A stretch of DNA of 64,000 nucleotides from IMG/VR virus record IMGVR_UViG_3300017782_000001; one strand, written 5' to 3'. Position numbers and translations under genes: made by a program. The DNA comes from a virus. Below the pieces are notes generated by a model. It was not told where the DNA came from, did no database searches, and saw only the letters and a list, made by a program, of their open reading frames with translations. Positions within the stretch are counted from its first letter, which is position 1; each line of letters opens with the position of its first letter. Below, piece after piece: positions 18,742 to 28,599 of the stretch.

Positions 18742-18962
18742 GATTTAACAGCTCCCTTTACCATTGAAGGATACTTACCAAGATATGTGCCTGCATTAAG
18801 ATCGTCTTTTGTAACTAAGTGTTTATGCATATGCTCGACACTATCATAATTCTTAAGCAGCCACTTACCAAGTTCATCAAATTCAGCATCTGTAATAAGA
18901 GCATCATCTTCTACATAGTAAGCATATGCACACATGAGATATTTGGCTATAGGGTTCTTCAT
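18720..18962 (-). CDS. stand-alone NAD-ligase N-terminal (Ia)-like domain
   Basis: YAYYVEDDALITDAEFDEL resembles LigA YY..D.P.ISD.EYD.L. Confidence 0.65.
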   Translation of the reverse strand: MKNPIAKYLMCAYAYYVEDDALITDAEFDELGKWLLKNYDSVEHMHKHLVTKDDLNAGTYLGKYPSMVKGAVKSWRISQK

Positions 18963-19138
18963 TAGAAGCGTATAGATGCTAATGCTGCATCTATCTCTTC
19001 AATTTCATAGCCAAGCTCTTGGGCTACACTCATTTGAATAGACTTAGGTGACCAATATTTCAGGTAATCCTGTTCACAAAATTCAACAATTTCTTTCCAG
19101 ATAGGAAGGGGGATATTTCTAGCTTCAAACTTTTGCAT
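18962..19138 (-). CDS. small early protein (58 aa)
   Basis: MQKFEARNIPLPIWKE...; behind class I promoter; TAATG coupling. Confidence 0.7.
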   Translation of the reverse strand: MQKFEARNIPLPIWKEIVEFCEQDYLKYWSPKSIQMSVAQELGYEIEEIDAALASIRF

Positions 19139-19145
19139 AATTTAG

Positions 19146-19225
19146 TTCCTTTTCCATTTTATAGATCTATTATACCATAGTTTTTATAAAAAGTAAAGGA
19201 AAAAATGCATTTAATTGCATTTAAT
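19146..19225 (-). promoter_or_regulatory. early promoter, class I
   Basis: CTTTAC-TATAAT, conserved leader, two upstream TGCA boxes. Confidence 0.8.
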
Positions 19226-19230
19226 TTCAA

Positions 19231-19917
19231 TTAAAATGATTCTTTTGGCCGGTAAAATGAAATAAGTGAGTATCTTAATCCTTCACCTTCTCCCATAATG
19301 GTGCCGTGAAATAGCTTTCCGTTGTAAACATATAGCGAATTATACTCACATTCAAGTGTATGGTAGTGCTCGTAGTCATCACCTGACCAAAAGTTTTGCC
19401 AATTAACTATTTTGTTTCTATCTGTTTTTTGATCGGCTTTAATATATCTAGAGTCATATACACCTTTATATGTGTATAGGCCTGTGCCTTCTGTCCAATT
19501 ACAGAGCCATAAATTAAACACCATATCATGATCAGCATGAGGATGCCAGCTTCCATCCCAACACTTAGTGTTAGGTGATACTACGTTTGATGCAGTAATA
19601 AACGATGTAGGGCTATGTGGCTCTTCAACAGAATTAATAGCATCAGCAATTTTGGCGTATGCTTTAACTAAAGGTGCCACATCAATAGGTGTAAAGTTTT
19701 GCCTGCCTCCTGGAGTGTACGTATAATCAGGTGGAGCAAGTACAGGCCAATTTTGTAAATATTCTATTGCAGCTTCAGGATCTACAAATATATTTTTAAT
19801 TTTGAAATACGTTTGATCTTGAACAACATGTTCTTCAAGTTCTATATTTTCATTTATTTTAAGAGCTGTGTTAACTGTATTTCTAGTTACATACTTAAAG
19901 CTTGACATGTTTGGCAT
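19231..19917 (-). CDS. 2OG-Fe(II) oxygenase-like protein
   Basis: PHAD...YN....Y.G.LFHG...R. Confidence 0.6.
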   Translation of the reverse strand: MPNMSSFKYVTRNTVNTALKINENIELEEHVVQDQTYFKIKNIFVDPEAAIEYLQNWPVLAPPDYTYTPGGRQNFTPIDVAPLVKAYAKIADAINSVEEPHSPTSFITASNVVSPNTKCWDGSWHPHADHDMVFNLWLCNWTEGTGLYTYKGVYDSRYIKADQKTDRNKIVNWQNFWSGDDYEHYHTLECEYNSLYVYNGKLFHGTIMGEGEGLRYSLISFYRPKESF

Positions 19918-20299
19918 GTATTTTACATCCTATAAATTCATTATAATATTCTTCAGAAAATAATACATTTCTGTCGAATTGCTCTTTCGCTTCAAAATAA
20001 GACATTTCACCTTTAGTCTTACATAGTCTTAAAATTTCTTTGGAGAAATTGTTATTACCTTTTTCTTCGATGAGGTTTTGAACTGTAACGGAGGATCCGT
20101 AGTAGGTTCTCCAATCAGACTCAACACGAGTTTTGACTCGCCTTTTACGGGTTTTCGTGATAGGCAAAGTCTTGGGCTTCCAGAAATTCTTTTTGCCAAT
20201 GTATTTTTTACCAGTGTCTATTTCTGTAATTAAGTAAACGAAACCCTGATATTCTTCTGGGGTTTCGTCAAATATTTGTTCATTGTATAACCATGTCAT
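19895..20299 (-). CDS. GIY-YIG endonuclease
   Basis: GFVYLIT...KYIGKK, YYGSS, E...YYN. Confidence 0.85.
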   Translation of the reverse strand: MTWLYNEQIFDETPEEYQGFVYLITEIDTGKKYIGKKNFWKPKTLPITKTRKRRVKTRVESDWRTYYGSSVTVQNLIEEKGNNNFSKEILRLCKTKGEMSYFEAKEQFDRNVLFSEEYYNEFIGCKIHAKHVKL

Positions 20300-20411
20300 A
20301 CAATTATATATTACTAGTCTTTGTGGCCACCGAGGTATTTAGGAGGCTTATTCTTTGACTCCATTTTTTCAATTAATTTTTTGAAATACTCTCGGATCTT
20401 TTTAAGCACAA

Positions 20412-20564
20412 CTAGTATTCCTCTTCCTCAAATTCTAGCTTTTCTTCTAATAGTGTAGCAATCGCTCGTCTTCCACAACACGGACAAAACGATACGTCTA
20501 CATCAGCCTGTACACTAGACTCTTCTTCACATTCATCGCACTCAATACGCCATTCTTTTATCAT
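20412..20564 (-). CDS. small Zn-ribbon protein (50 aa)
   Basis: MIKEWRIECDECEE...FCPCCG; ATGA overlap with nrdB stop. Confidence 0.75.
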   Translation of the reverse strand: MIKEWRIECDECEEESSVQADVDVSFCPCCGRRAIATLLEEKLEFEEEEY

Positions 20565-21526
20565 GCAGCTTCATCTTCCCAGCCCCAATCGCCTTCCATT
20601 CCATTTACAGAATATTCGGTGACACGCTTTTCAAAGAAGTTATCGTGAGAAGCACCATTAAGTACCCAATCTAACCAAGGAAGTGGATTGTCTTTTTGCT
20701 TAAATACTGGCTTCATACCAAGCTGTAGTAATCTACGGTCTGCAATATGACGAATATAGTCTTTTACCTCTTGCTTAGTTAAGCCTTGAATTTCAGCTGA
20801 ACCGTTGAATGCTAAATCAATAAAGTTATCTTCAAGTCTTACAGCATTTTTTGACATTTCATAAATTTTAGATTTAAGTTCATCATTCACAACTCTAGGA
20901 TGCTCTTCACAAAACTCGCGGAATAACTTAGCATTGCCTTGTACGTGCATTGTTTCATCGCGTATAGACCATTCTACAATAGTGCCCATACCCTTCATCT
21001 TACCGAACCGTTGGAAGTTGAGAAGCATAACAAAAGATGCAAACAGTGACATACCTTCATTAAATACAGATTGTGCTAAAACTAGTGCAAGGCCAGTTTG
21101 CGTATTAATATTACCTTGAGACATAAAATCTAGTTTATCAGCCATCTCAGAATATTCTAAGAAAGAATGAAACTCTTCATCTGGCAAGCCAAGTGTATCA
21201 TTCAACAAAGCATATGCTCTTTGGTGTACACCTTCACGATTAGCAAATGATGATAACATATTACGTATTTCGTTATTCTTAAATCTTGGAATCATCATTT
21301 CATGGTAGTTTTCACCAACCTGAACGTCAGACTGTGTAAACAACCGAAGGACTTGAGTAATAAAATCTTTTTCTTCAGTTGTTAATTTTGTTTTCCAATC
21401 TTGGACGTCTTCTGATAATTCAGCCTCATCTTCCACCCAATGGATTTCTTCATGTTTCTTTGTAAGTTCCACTGCCCATGGATAGAGAAATGGTCTGTAT
21501 GTTTTTGATTGTTCTAGTAGTGACAT
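20561..21526 (-). CDS. nrdB: ribonucleotide reductase class Ia beta subunit
   Basis: EGVHQRAY, EGMSLFASF, RDETMH, NFFEKRVTEY. Confidence 0.96.
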   Translation of the reverse strand: MSLLEQSKTYRPFLYPWAVELTKKHEEIHWVEDEAELSEDVQDWKTKLTTEEKDFITQVLRLFTQSDVQVGENYHEMMIPRFKNNEIRNMLSSFANREGVHQRAYALLNDTLGLPDEEFHSFLEYSEMADKLDFMSQGNINTQTGLALVLAQSVFNEGMSLFASFVMLLNFQRFGKMKGMGTIVEWSIRDETMHVQGNAKLFREFCEEHPRVVNDELKSKIYEMSKNAVRLEDNFIDLAFNGSAEIQGLTKQEVKDYIRHIADRRLLQLGMKPVFKQKDNPLPWLDWVLNGASHDNFFEKRVTEYSVNGMEGDWGWEDEAA

Positions 21527-23512
21527 TTAACCCTCGCATGCTCGGCATTCATCGCCGGTTTCTATTGACATAGGCTGATTAAGAAAAGCCATAAGCTCAT
21601 CATATCCACCTACATAATTTCCTGTTACATATATTTGTGGAACTGTTTTTACTTTTCTGCCTGTAACTTCAGCAGCAGTTTTACCTAATTCCATAAGATT
21701 AATATAATCAAAAGGAATTCCTCTTAATTCCAATTCTTCTTTTGCTTTTGCGCAATATGGACAATCATCTTTTCCATATACGATTGTTCTATCATCTTCT
21801 TGTAGAGCTACACGTTCTACTTTATCAGAGACCGTCTCAGCTCTTTGTTTAGCTTCTGTCCGAAGATAATAAAGTCCTTTAAGTCCTTCTTTCCACGCTT
21901 TAAGGTGGACTCTATTGACATATGATTTTTCTGCCCCAGCTGGGAAAAACAGGTTGACACTTTGTCCTTGACAAATGTACTTCTGTCTGTCTGCTGCATG
22001 TTGCACGACCCAGTTTTGATCGAGCTCGTCAGCTGTCTTAAAGATTGCCTTTTCTCCTTCGGTAAGCTCCGGTAAATGCTGAACAGAACCTTTTTTCGTA
22101 ATGATTGAAGTCCATGTACTTTCATTGTTGATACCATACCTTTCAAGTACTTCTTCTAAGTATTTGTTTTTGACAAGGAAGCTTCCTGCTCTTGTTCTGT
22201 GTGTGTATGCATTTGCTTTAAGTGGTTCGATACTTGGTGATGTTGACAAAATAATTCCACTACTTGCGTTAGGTGCGATAGCCATAAGGTGTGAGTGCCG
22301 TAAACCGGTAGATGTGCCATCTGGGTATTCTCCTCTTTGTTCCGCAAGTCTTTTACTTTGTGTAACTGCTCTTTCTTTAATTGTACTAAAGACTACATCG
22401 TTTATTTCTTGTGCTTTTTCTGATTCCCAAGAAACTCCGTGTCTGTGTAAGAGTGAGTGGAACCCCATTGCTCCGAGCCCAATTGACCTTTCTCGTTCGG
22501 CACTATACTTTGCTCTTGATATAGAGTCTGGTGCAAATTCAATAAAGTATTCGAGCACGTTGTCAAGCATAGTGATAATATCTTCGACAATAGTGGTACC
22601 TTTCCACTCATCGAAATACTCCAAGTTAAGAGACGACAAACAGCAGACAGCGGTGCGATCTGCAGATGTAGGTAAATGAATTTCGTTACAAAGATTAGAT
22701 CCATGAATTTTTAACCCTAAGTCTTTTAGACTTTGTGGTAGATATGAGTTAGCCGTATCAATAAAATTTAGATATGGCTCTCCAGTACGGAACCGCACTT
22801 CAAGGATTCTTTCCCATAGCTTCCGCGCGTTTACTTCGTCAGTAGCTTCACCTGTAGCAGGATCACGTAAGTCAAACATTTTACCTTGACTTACAGCTGC
22901 CATAAACTCATCTGTAATATTAATGGCGTTATGTAAGTTTAATGCTTTACGTTGTACATCGCCTGTAGGGATACGTAAATTTAAGAACTCAACAATGTCT
23001 GGATGAGACACATCCATATAAGCAGCATAAGAACCTTTACGTGTCTTACCTTGGCGATATGCAATCATATCAGCATCAACGGTATGCAAAAACGGAATAG
23101 GTCCTGGTGCCTTATCAGATACAGCACGTATGTCAGACCAATGACCACCTACACCACCACCAAATACTGATAACCAACGTAGCTCAGAACTGTGGCTAAT
23201 TAGCCCTTCAAGTGTGTCTGGTACATATGTTAAAAAACAAGAGATAGGCAAACCTTTATCTTTTTTTGTTCCATTAGGGGCATTAGATAAAACAGGTGAT
23301 GCAAACATAAACCACTTATTACTTACATAATGATATAGACGATCTGCTAAATCTTCATCTAGCTTACCGTGAAAAGTTGACCAAGCTTCTGCTGCTCGAG
23401 CATATGCTTCTTGCGGCGATTTTTCACTGTCGCGCATGTAAAAGTCTTTAAGCATTCCTACAGCGTAACCTGCTAATAGCGAATCACGCTTTTTATCTAT
23501 TTTAATTTTCAT
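21527..23512 (-). CDS. nrdA: ribonucleotide reductase alpha subunit with internal glutaredoxin domain
   Basis: ISCF, SNLCNEI, CCLSS, APNASS, LYYLR; then CPYC...TVPQI...GGYDEL; terminal CRAC. Confidence 0.96.
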   Translation of the reverse strand: MKIKIDKKRDSLLAGYAVGMLKDFYMRDSEKSPQEAYARAAEAWSTFHGKLDEDLADRLYHYVSNKWFMFASPVLSNAPNGTKKDKGLPISCFLTYVPDTLEGLISHSSELRWLSVFGGGVGGHWSDIRAVSDKAPGPIPFLHTVDADMIAYRQGKTRKGSYAAYMDVSHPDIVEFLNLRIPTGDVQRKALNLHNAINITDEFMAAVSQGKMFDLRDPATGEATDEVNARKLWERILEVRFRTGEPYLNFIDTANSYLPQSLKDLGLKIHGSNLCNEIHLPTSADRTAVCCLSSLNLEYFDEWKGTTIVEDIITMLDNVLEYFIEFAPDSISRAKYSAERERSIGLGAMGFHSLLHRHGVSWESEKAQEINDVVFSTIKERAVTQSKRLAEQRGEYPDGTSTGLRHSHLMAIAPNASSGIILSTSPSIEPLKANAYTHRTRAGSFLVKNKYLEEVLERYGINNESTWTSIITKKGSVQHLPELTEGEKAIFKTADELDQNWVVQHAADRQKYICQGQSVNLFFPAGAEKSYVNRVHLKAWKEGLKGLYYLRTEAKQRAETVSDKVERVALQEDDRTIVYGKDDCPYCAKAKEELELRGIPFDYINLMELGKTAAEVTGRKVKTVPQIYVTGNYVGGYDELMAFLNQPMSIETGDECRACEG

Positions 23513-23583
23513 AAAAGTAATAGCCTTTATACGGACTAGAGAATTCTGTCCGGTTGCCTTTGATTTTTTAATTTGATAGTACT

Positions 23584-23613
23584 ATTATATATCAAAACGC
23601 TGTATTTGTACAC
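23584..23613 (-). promoter_or_regulatory. early promoter for nrdAB
   Basis: GTGTACA-17-TATAAT. Confidence 0.7.
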
Positions 23614-23645
23614 CATTAATTTAACGGTATATCAGCATTTTAGAC

Positions 23646-23678
23646 AAAAAAATAGTGGCACTTTTAGCCACTATTTTT
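23646..23678 (-). terminator. intrinsic terminator (end of late block)
   Basis: ATAGTGGC/GCCACTAT stem flanked by A and T runs. Confidence 0.8.
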
Positions 23679-23683
23679 AGCTA

Positions 23684-23890
23684 TTATTTGAAATATTTGC
23701 TAATCATTTCCAATCTGTCGTCTGCTTCGGCTAGTTTACATAGCTCTGCATTAACAGCTTCTACTACATCAGAGTGTTCTCCAATACCAGCAGGATTTGT
23801 TAGATATATCATAATATTTGTCTTATGGATTTCAATATCGCCTTGGGCTGATGTCATGGCGGCGTTGATAATTTGTTCGTCTATTTTCAT
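23684..23890 (-). CDS. hypothetical protein
   Basis: NPAGIGEH motif; ATGA coupling. Confidence 0.7.
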   Translation of the reverse strand: MKIDEQIINAAMTSAQGDIEIHKTNIMIYLTNPAGIGEHSDVVEAVNAELCKLAEADDRLEMISKYFK

Positions 23891-24348
23891 TTTTTACTTC
23901 TCGCTTTCTCAACTGCGCGGCTACCAAACCAAAAGGAAATAATAGCAGCAAATATTGCCTTTGTGTCTTCATCCCACAAAAGCTGTATGGCTTGGTCAAA
24001 TGGAGTACCCATTTCCAAAGCATTCATTAATAATGTAATTTCAATAGTAGCAAACAATGCAAAAAATGCATAAGTAATCACTGGTCTAACTGATTTTTGT
24101 AGTACAGATGTCCAACCGGTTGATTGCATAATTGCTGTGTCATGTGCAATAAGTCGCTGATGCTCATTATCAGCAGCCTGCTTATCAAACATCTTCATGT
24201 CATAATCATAGCCTTCTTTACGAAGCTCTGCATGAAGCCGCATCTTATCTAATTCTAATTTATTGTTCTGCTTTGACTTAAAATGATCCATAACTGCTGG
24301 CGCGGCAGAACCCGCAAAGCCTAGTAGTGATCCTAATAGTGATAACAT
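23887..24348 (-). CDS. holin-like membrane protein
   Basis: N-terminal hydrophobic helix, SVRPVITY, two TMs, FWFGSR. Confidence 0.6.
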   Translation of the reverse strand: MLSLLGSLLGFAGSAAPAVMDHFKSKQNNKLELDKMRLHAELRKEGYDYDMKMFDKQAADNEHQRLIAHDTAIMQSTGWTSVLQKSVRPVITYAFFALFATIEITLLMNALEMGTPFDQAIQLLWDEDTKAIFAAIISFWFGSRAVEKARSKK

Positions 24349-24530
24349 TATTTTTTCCCTAGCGCTCTCTTGTACATTTTCTCAACATGATACTTAGAAC
24401 GCCTATCCATTTTTTTAGGTTTCATTGTAGGTGGCAGAGAAACACCGCCTTGAGCAACAGAATTTGCTGGAGCATCTTCTTTTTGTAATGCTTCTCTATA
24501 TAGGTCGAAAAATGATTTGAATTTTATCAT
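24348..24530 (-). CDS. small putative internal virion protein
   Basis: MIKFKSFFD start; EDAPANSV. Confidence 0.55.
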   Translation of the reverse strand: MIKFKSFFDLYREALQKEDAPANSVAQGGVSLPPTMKPKKMDRRSKYHVEKMYKRALGKK

Positions 24531-25093
24531 TTGATTAATTCTCCAGCAGTAACGTATATTGCTTGATTTGTGTTTATATGTGTAACTTCATATATGTCAA
24601 TACCAAAAACATCACCAACAGGATAAGAATTTTCTGCAACAGTAATCTTATCGTTTTTTCTTACTACTTCTTCAGCAGTAGAATTTAAGACTTTAGAACC
24701 CTTAACTTTGTACACTCCAGGAGACATCATCTTATCTTCTAATACAAACCACATATTACTTTCGGCTAAAAAATCAGTGAGTTCTAAACCTGATTTTTTA
24801 ACAACTTCAAGTAGCTGATCTTCTGACATATGAAGATGCTCTTTTATTAAGTATAACATAGCAGCATAAGAACCAAGTCTATTGCCTGGAATTAGCTTCT
24901 TAATATTATACACAAGCCTATGAAAATATGTATAGACAGATTTTTCTTTCCCGTCTGTAGGCTTACGTAGTTTTTTCCCATCTTTATCGATGAGGCCCAT
25001 TTCAAAAGCTTTTGTTTTTTCAAACGGTGTAACTAAAAGCTTCAAAAATCTAAAGGTATAGACTAGATCGCCGGCTCTTGTAAGTAAACTCAT
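24527..25093 (-). CDS. conserved T4-like hypothetical protein
   Basis: YTFRFLKLLVTPF...GLIDKDG. Confidence 0.75.
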   Translation of the reverse strand: MSLLTRAGDLVYTFRFLKLLVTPFEKTKAFEMGLIDKDGKKLRKPTDGKEKSVYTYFHRLVYNIKKLIPGNRLGSYAAMLYLIKEHLHMSEDQLLEVVKKSGLELTDFLAESNMWFVLEDKMMSPGVYKVKGSKVLNSTAEEVVRKNDKITVAENSYPVGDVFGIDIYEVTHINTNQAIYVTAGELIK

Positions 25094-25452
25094 ATCTTTC
25101 TCAACACCTCTACCACGTATGGATCCAGATTAATTCCAGCAAGATCTTCTGACGTAATGTACTTTAGGTACACTAAAAAAGGTTTTACTACGGGCCAGTG
25201 TTTTCCTTCTAGTTTTAGTCCTAATATTTTAACACCTGCTTCAATACCAAAAACATTATGAACCACGACTATATGATTCATAATAAGTCTTTCAGCTAGA
25301 TCTCCAGTTTCAATATAACGATTAACTAATCGTTTAATATATTTGAAACGTTTTAAGTCTTCTTCAAATTCGTCGGTAGTTGCACCGACTTTATTATAAT
25401 AGTTTTGTGCTGCAAATAGCAACAAGTTTTTATCAGTTAATTCAAAAATCAT
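25090..25452 (-). CDS. conserved T4-like hypothetical protein
   Basis: FEEDLKRFKYIKRL...RLIMNH...NVFG. Confidence 0.75.
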   Translation of the reverse strand: MIFELTDKNLLLFAAQNYYNKVGATTDEFEEDLKRFKYIKRLVNRYIETGDLAERLIMNHIVVVHNVFGIEAGVKILGLKLEGKHWPVVKPFLVYLKYITSEDLAGINLDPYVVEVLRKI

Positions 25453-25486
25453 GATGTACTTCTATAAGTGGATTATAACTTATATA

Positions 25487-25816
25487 TTACTTGTACATGT
25501 CCGTTACTTCTTGAATTTCTTCGATTTCATCAATTAAGTCAGACTTACTTTTACGTCTGTCAAGCTCAACACCATGTTGTCTACCTAATGCTTCTAGCTG
25601 AAGCTTAGTCATATCTTCAAGGGCTGTATCGCCAACTGGAGCTTCATTTAGCATTGTCATAGCAGGCTTAACAACCTGTTCTACAACAGGAGCTGTTGTC
25701 ACACCATTCCATACATCGATTTGAGATTGCGAAATCTTTTGAGATTTAAGCAACTCGCCTGAGTTCGGGTCTACCCAACCGCGGGTAGTTGGAACTGCGC
25801 CTTTTGGACCTTTCAT
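25487..25816 (-). CDS. hypothetical protein with Rho-N/SAP-like C-terminus
   Basis: LEDMTKLQLEALGR.HGVELDRRKSKSDLI. Confidence 0.6.
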   Translation of the reverse strand: MKGPKGAVPTTRGWVDPNSGELLKSQKISQSQIDVWNGVTTAPVVEQVVKPAMTMLNEAPVGDTALEDMTKLQLEALGRQHGVELDRRKSKSDLIDEIEEIQEVTDMYK

Positions 25817-26721
25817 TATTTTTTCTCCGTCGGTTTATTAATAATTGATTTATCTCCAGCACCGTTATCACCTTTACGGGCTTTTCCGTTTGGACCTTTT
25901 TTACCAGCTTGAGCTGCATCATTATGACCTTTTGCTTCAGTGTCATCTACATTATTTTTTACATACTCTGCATCTTTCATCATGTCCATTGCGCCTTTTG
26001 ACGATTTAGACTTATCTAGCATGCCTTCTGGATCTGTAGCTTTGGATTTTCGGTCTTTATCGTCAGTTAAGAATTTTTCCTTAAATGCTCTAAATGACAG
26101 CGCTTCTTTTCTAGCTTTAGCTGTTGCTACATCTGCTTTAGCTTTTTTCAGATCAGCACCTGCATCCTTTTTACGGTTAATATCAGCAGCCTTTTTCTTC
26201 ATTTTAGCTGCTTTGTTTTGAGCAGCATCTGCTCTACCGGCTGAACCAAGTCTAAAGTTTCCTTGCTTATTGATTACAGTCTTTTTAGCAAGGTTGCCAA
26301 CGCCTTTAGCAATTGTGCCAAGGATTTCATTCATTTCAGCTTCTTTCATATCCACAGGATATTTTTTACCTGCAAATACAAAATCTTTTTTGCCATCTTT
26401 TTTAGCCATTTTGGCTGCATGAATAAACTGGCCTTTGTCATCATCTAATGTTTCTTTATCATCATCATCTTCGCCGTCGATTGATTTACCAATAGCTTTA
26501 CGCTTTTTATGAAGGTACTTGTCAGTGCTATCAGTATCTCCATCGTTGTCAAGATCTGTATCTTTACGATCTTTGAATTTTTTCTTAGCCGCTTTAGGGT
26601 CAACTTTATCCATGCCTTCGCCATCATCAGACTTGTCGTTTGACGCATCTTCTTTTTTAGCGGCAGCTTCTCGGACCTGCTGTAAAGCCAAGCCCATACG
26701 TTTAATTTCTTCTAGGTTCAT
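25816..26721 (-). CDS. Lys/Asp-rich putative internal virion protein
   Basis: Highly charged; DLDNDGDTDSTD loop; internal LSFRAFKE. Confidence 0.65.
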   Translation of the reverse strand: MNLEEIKRMGLALQQVREAAAKKEDASNDKSDDGEGMDKVDPKAAKKKFKDRKDTDLDNDGDTDSTDKYLHKKRKAIGKSIDGEDDDDKETLDDDKGQFIHAAKMAKKDGKKDFVFAGKKYPVDMKEAEMNEILGTIAKGVGNLAKKTVINKQGNFRLGSAGRADAAQNKAAKMKKKAADINRKKDAGADLKKAKADVATAKARKEALSFRAFKEKFLTDDKDRKSKATDPEGMLDKSKSSKGAMDMMKDAEYVKNNVDDTEAKGHNDAAQAGKKGPNGKARKGDNGAGDKSIINKPTEKK

Positions 26722-26736
26722 TACCTTCTCCTTTAG

Positions 26737-27015
26737 TTACATCCACATATGGGCTACATATGTGCCAATTCCTGCAATAGCTGCAGCGTATACAATCTTA
26801 TTTATAAGAGAAACTGTACGATGATTTTCATCGACCTTTTTCTCTATAGAATCCAATTTAGCAGAAAGGCGATTAATCCTTTCATACATTTTTTCATGAT
26901 CATCTTGCAGCGACGTTATTTTTTCTTCGGCACGAGCCATAGAAACCATAGCATCAGCTAGCTTATCAATCTTTTCTTCAATGCGATCAAGCCGCGAGGT
27001 ATTTGTATCTGCCAT
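26737..27015 (-). CDS. coiled-coil protein with C-terminal TM
   Basis: Heptads then IVYAAAIAGIGTYVA. Confidence 0.7.
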   Translation of the reverse strand: MADTNTSRLDRIEEKIDKLADAMVSMARAEEKITSLQDDHEKMYERINRLSAKLDSIEKKVDENHRTVSLINKIVYAAAIAGIGTYVAHMWM

Positions 27016-27026
27016 TAGAAATCCTA

Positions 27027-27410
27027 TTAATTATCTACTGCTGCACCAGCTCGCCATTGATAGCACGACCAATAACCTGCTGTAGTTTTATCTTTTTTCT
27101 GATCACAATTATGTCTAGCACGAAAACTTGCTCTTGCACCTGCATCATCGCGATTAATGCTCATATTTGGATCACCAAATCTTACGACTACAACTTTACC
27201 TTTTGCGTTTTTTACATACACCTTGAATTTTTTATTAGGATTTTCACTAGTACGAATAGGATCGTTTAGCTTTACTTTTTTCCCTTGGTATTCAGCCGCT
27301 TCAATAATATGATCATATAGTTCTTCTTCGCCGCTAGCTCCTTCACACTGCTGACAACAGGCCGGTGTACCGCAATTAGTATGTTCAAAGAAATTCTTAA
27401 ATTTTTTCAT
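27027..27410 (-). CDS. putative internal virion protein
   Basis: MKKFKNFFE start; KKFKVYV...FGDP...SFRARHNC...GYWSC domain. Confidence 0.7.
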   Translation of the reverse strand: MKKFKNFFEHTNCGTPACCQQCEGASGEEELYDHIIEAAEYQGKKVKLNDPIRTSENPNKKFKVYVKNAKGKVVVVRFGDPNMSINRDDAGARASFRARHNCDQKKDKTTAGYWSCYQWRAGAAVDN

Positions 27411-27411
27411 G

Positions 27412-27762
27412 TTATCCGCCAAATTCATGCCCTGCGACACGCTTCATTTGAGTGTTAAATTGAGCCTGTGAAGGCTTTTCTTTATATAACTTAATAGAGA
27501 TTTCAGGACGTTCTTTTCCTTTAATTCTCCAATTCAAACCTTTTGCTTTATGCTCAGGATCAGTTGTTTTTACTACACGACGCTTGTAACCTGCTTCCCA
27601 AGTTTCGCTTTTTTTTTCTTCTACGTCTTCGCCTCGAGCGCTAGCAAAAGCAGCTTTAGTAGGCGCGCCTTTTGACCCAGGCTTCCTCATAGGTCTACCT
27701 TCTTTACGTTTTTTATGAATGTTAGCCCAGAGGCTTTCAGTAAAAGATTTGAAATTTAACAT
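27412..27762 (-). CDS. putative internal virion protein
   Basis: MLNFKSFTE start; basic. Confidence 0.7.
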   Translation of the reverse strand: MLNFKSFTESLWANIHKKRKEGRPMRKPGSKGAPTKAAFASARGEDVEEKKSETWEAGYKRRVVKTTDPEHKAKGLNWRIKGKERPEISIKLYKEKPSQAQFNTQMKRVAGHEFGG

Positions 27763-28193
27763 TACTTTCCTGCGCCTTTATACATTTTGAGTGCTTTACT
27801 AAAATCTTTATTCTTCATCATCCGCTTTGATTCAGGGTGATTAGGATTATCATGAGCCATCCGAACACCGTCATCATCTACCTTTTTAGCTTTTACAAAT
27901 TTTTGATATGCTGACATTTTCTTTGAGTCAATTTCTCTTGCTTCAGTTTGAGCTCTCATTGACCGGACTTTTTTGCCTCTCTTAAACTTAGAAGAGTCGC
28001 CTCTGTCTAGCATACCAGCAACATTATCGCCGGGATCATCTTTACCGTGATAGCCTTGAGCTTTACCCGGCTTAAGCTTTTTAATCTTTCCACCCTTTTT
28101 CTTAAAGTCTGCAATGGCTTTATCGTGAGCAGCCTTTTCTTTTGGTGACATAGCTTCTTCGATGTCTTCTCTAATTTGATCAAATGTTTTCAT
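27762..28193 (-). CDS. putative internal virion protein
   Basis: MKTFDQIRE start; basic. Confidence 0.7.
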   Translation of the reverse strand: MKTFDQIREDIEEAMSPKEKAAHDKAIADFKKKGGKIKKLKPGKAQGYHGKDDPGDNVAGMLDRGDSSKFKRGKKVRSMRAQTEAREIDSKKMSAYQKFVKAKKVDDDGVRMAHDNPNHPESKRMMKNKDFSKALKMYKGAGK

Positions 28194-28197
28194 TTGT

Positions 28198-28599
28198 TTA
28201 TACCTTTGCTGCTAGATCTTTGTCAGCACCACCCCACGTGCCTTTAGATTTAGTTATGAATGAGTTGACACGAGCAAAGGCCCATTGTTGAGGTGTTGTT
28301 CCTGGACGGTGACCTGTTTTCCAAGCAGCCATTCCACGATTATAAACTTTTTTTAGAATTCCTAGAGGCATACCAGACTTTTCAGCCTTATTCTTTAGTC
28401 CTTCTGATTCAGTAATATAATCTCTAAATTTGACTGTTACTGATTCTTTTGTTACTTTAGTTTTAGGTGTTAGCGTTTTGACTTTAAGCATAGACTTAAT
28501 ACCAAGCTTACGGAAAGCTTTAAGCTTTGCTTCCTTTTCGGTGCGAGCATCGACTGTCTCTACACCTTCGCCATCAACTTCAACTCTATACTTTGGCAT
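28198..28599 (-). CDS. putative internal virion protein
   Basis: Internal KFRDYITE, then VYNRGMAAW.TGHRPG...WAFARVNSF. Confidence 0.7.
   Translation of the reverse strand: MPKYRVEVDGEGVETVDARTEKEAKLKAFRKLGIKSMLKVKTLTPKTKVTKESVTVKFRDYITESEGLKNKAEKSGMPLGILKKVYNRGMAAWKTGHRPGTTPQQWAFARVNSFITKSKGTWGGADKDLAAKV

Noticed and set aside
19895-20299. GIY-YIG ORF as a mobile homing endonuclease or intron ORF
   Set aside because: Catalytic domain only, no DNA-binding tail, and no interrupted gene around it; nrdA and nrdB are continuous
25455-25486. TATAAGT/ACTTATA hairpin with a late-promoter-like sequence
   Set aside because: AT-only 7-bp stem and non-consensus promoter; plausible by chance in this composition
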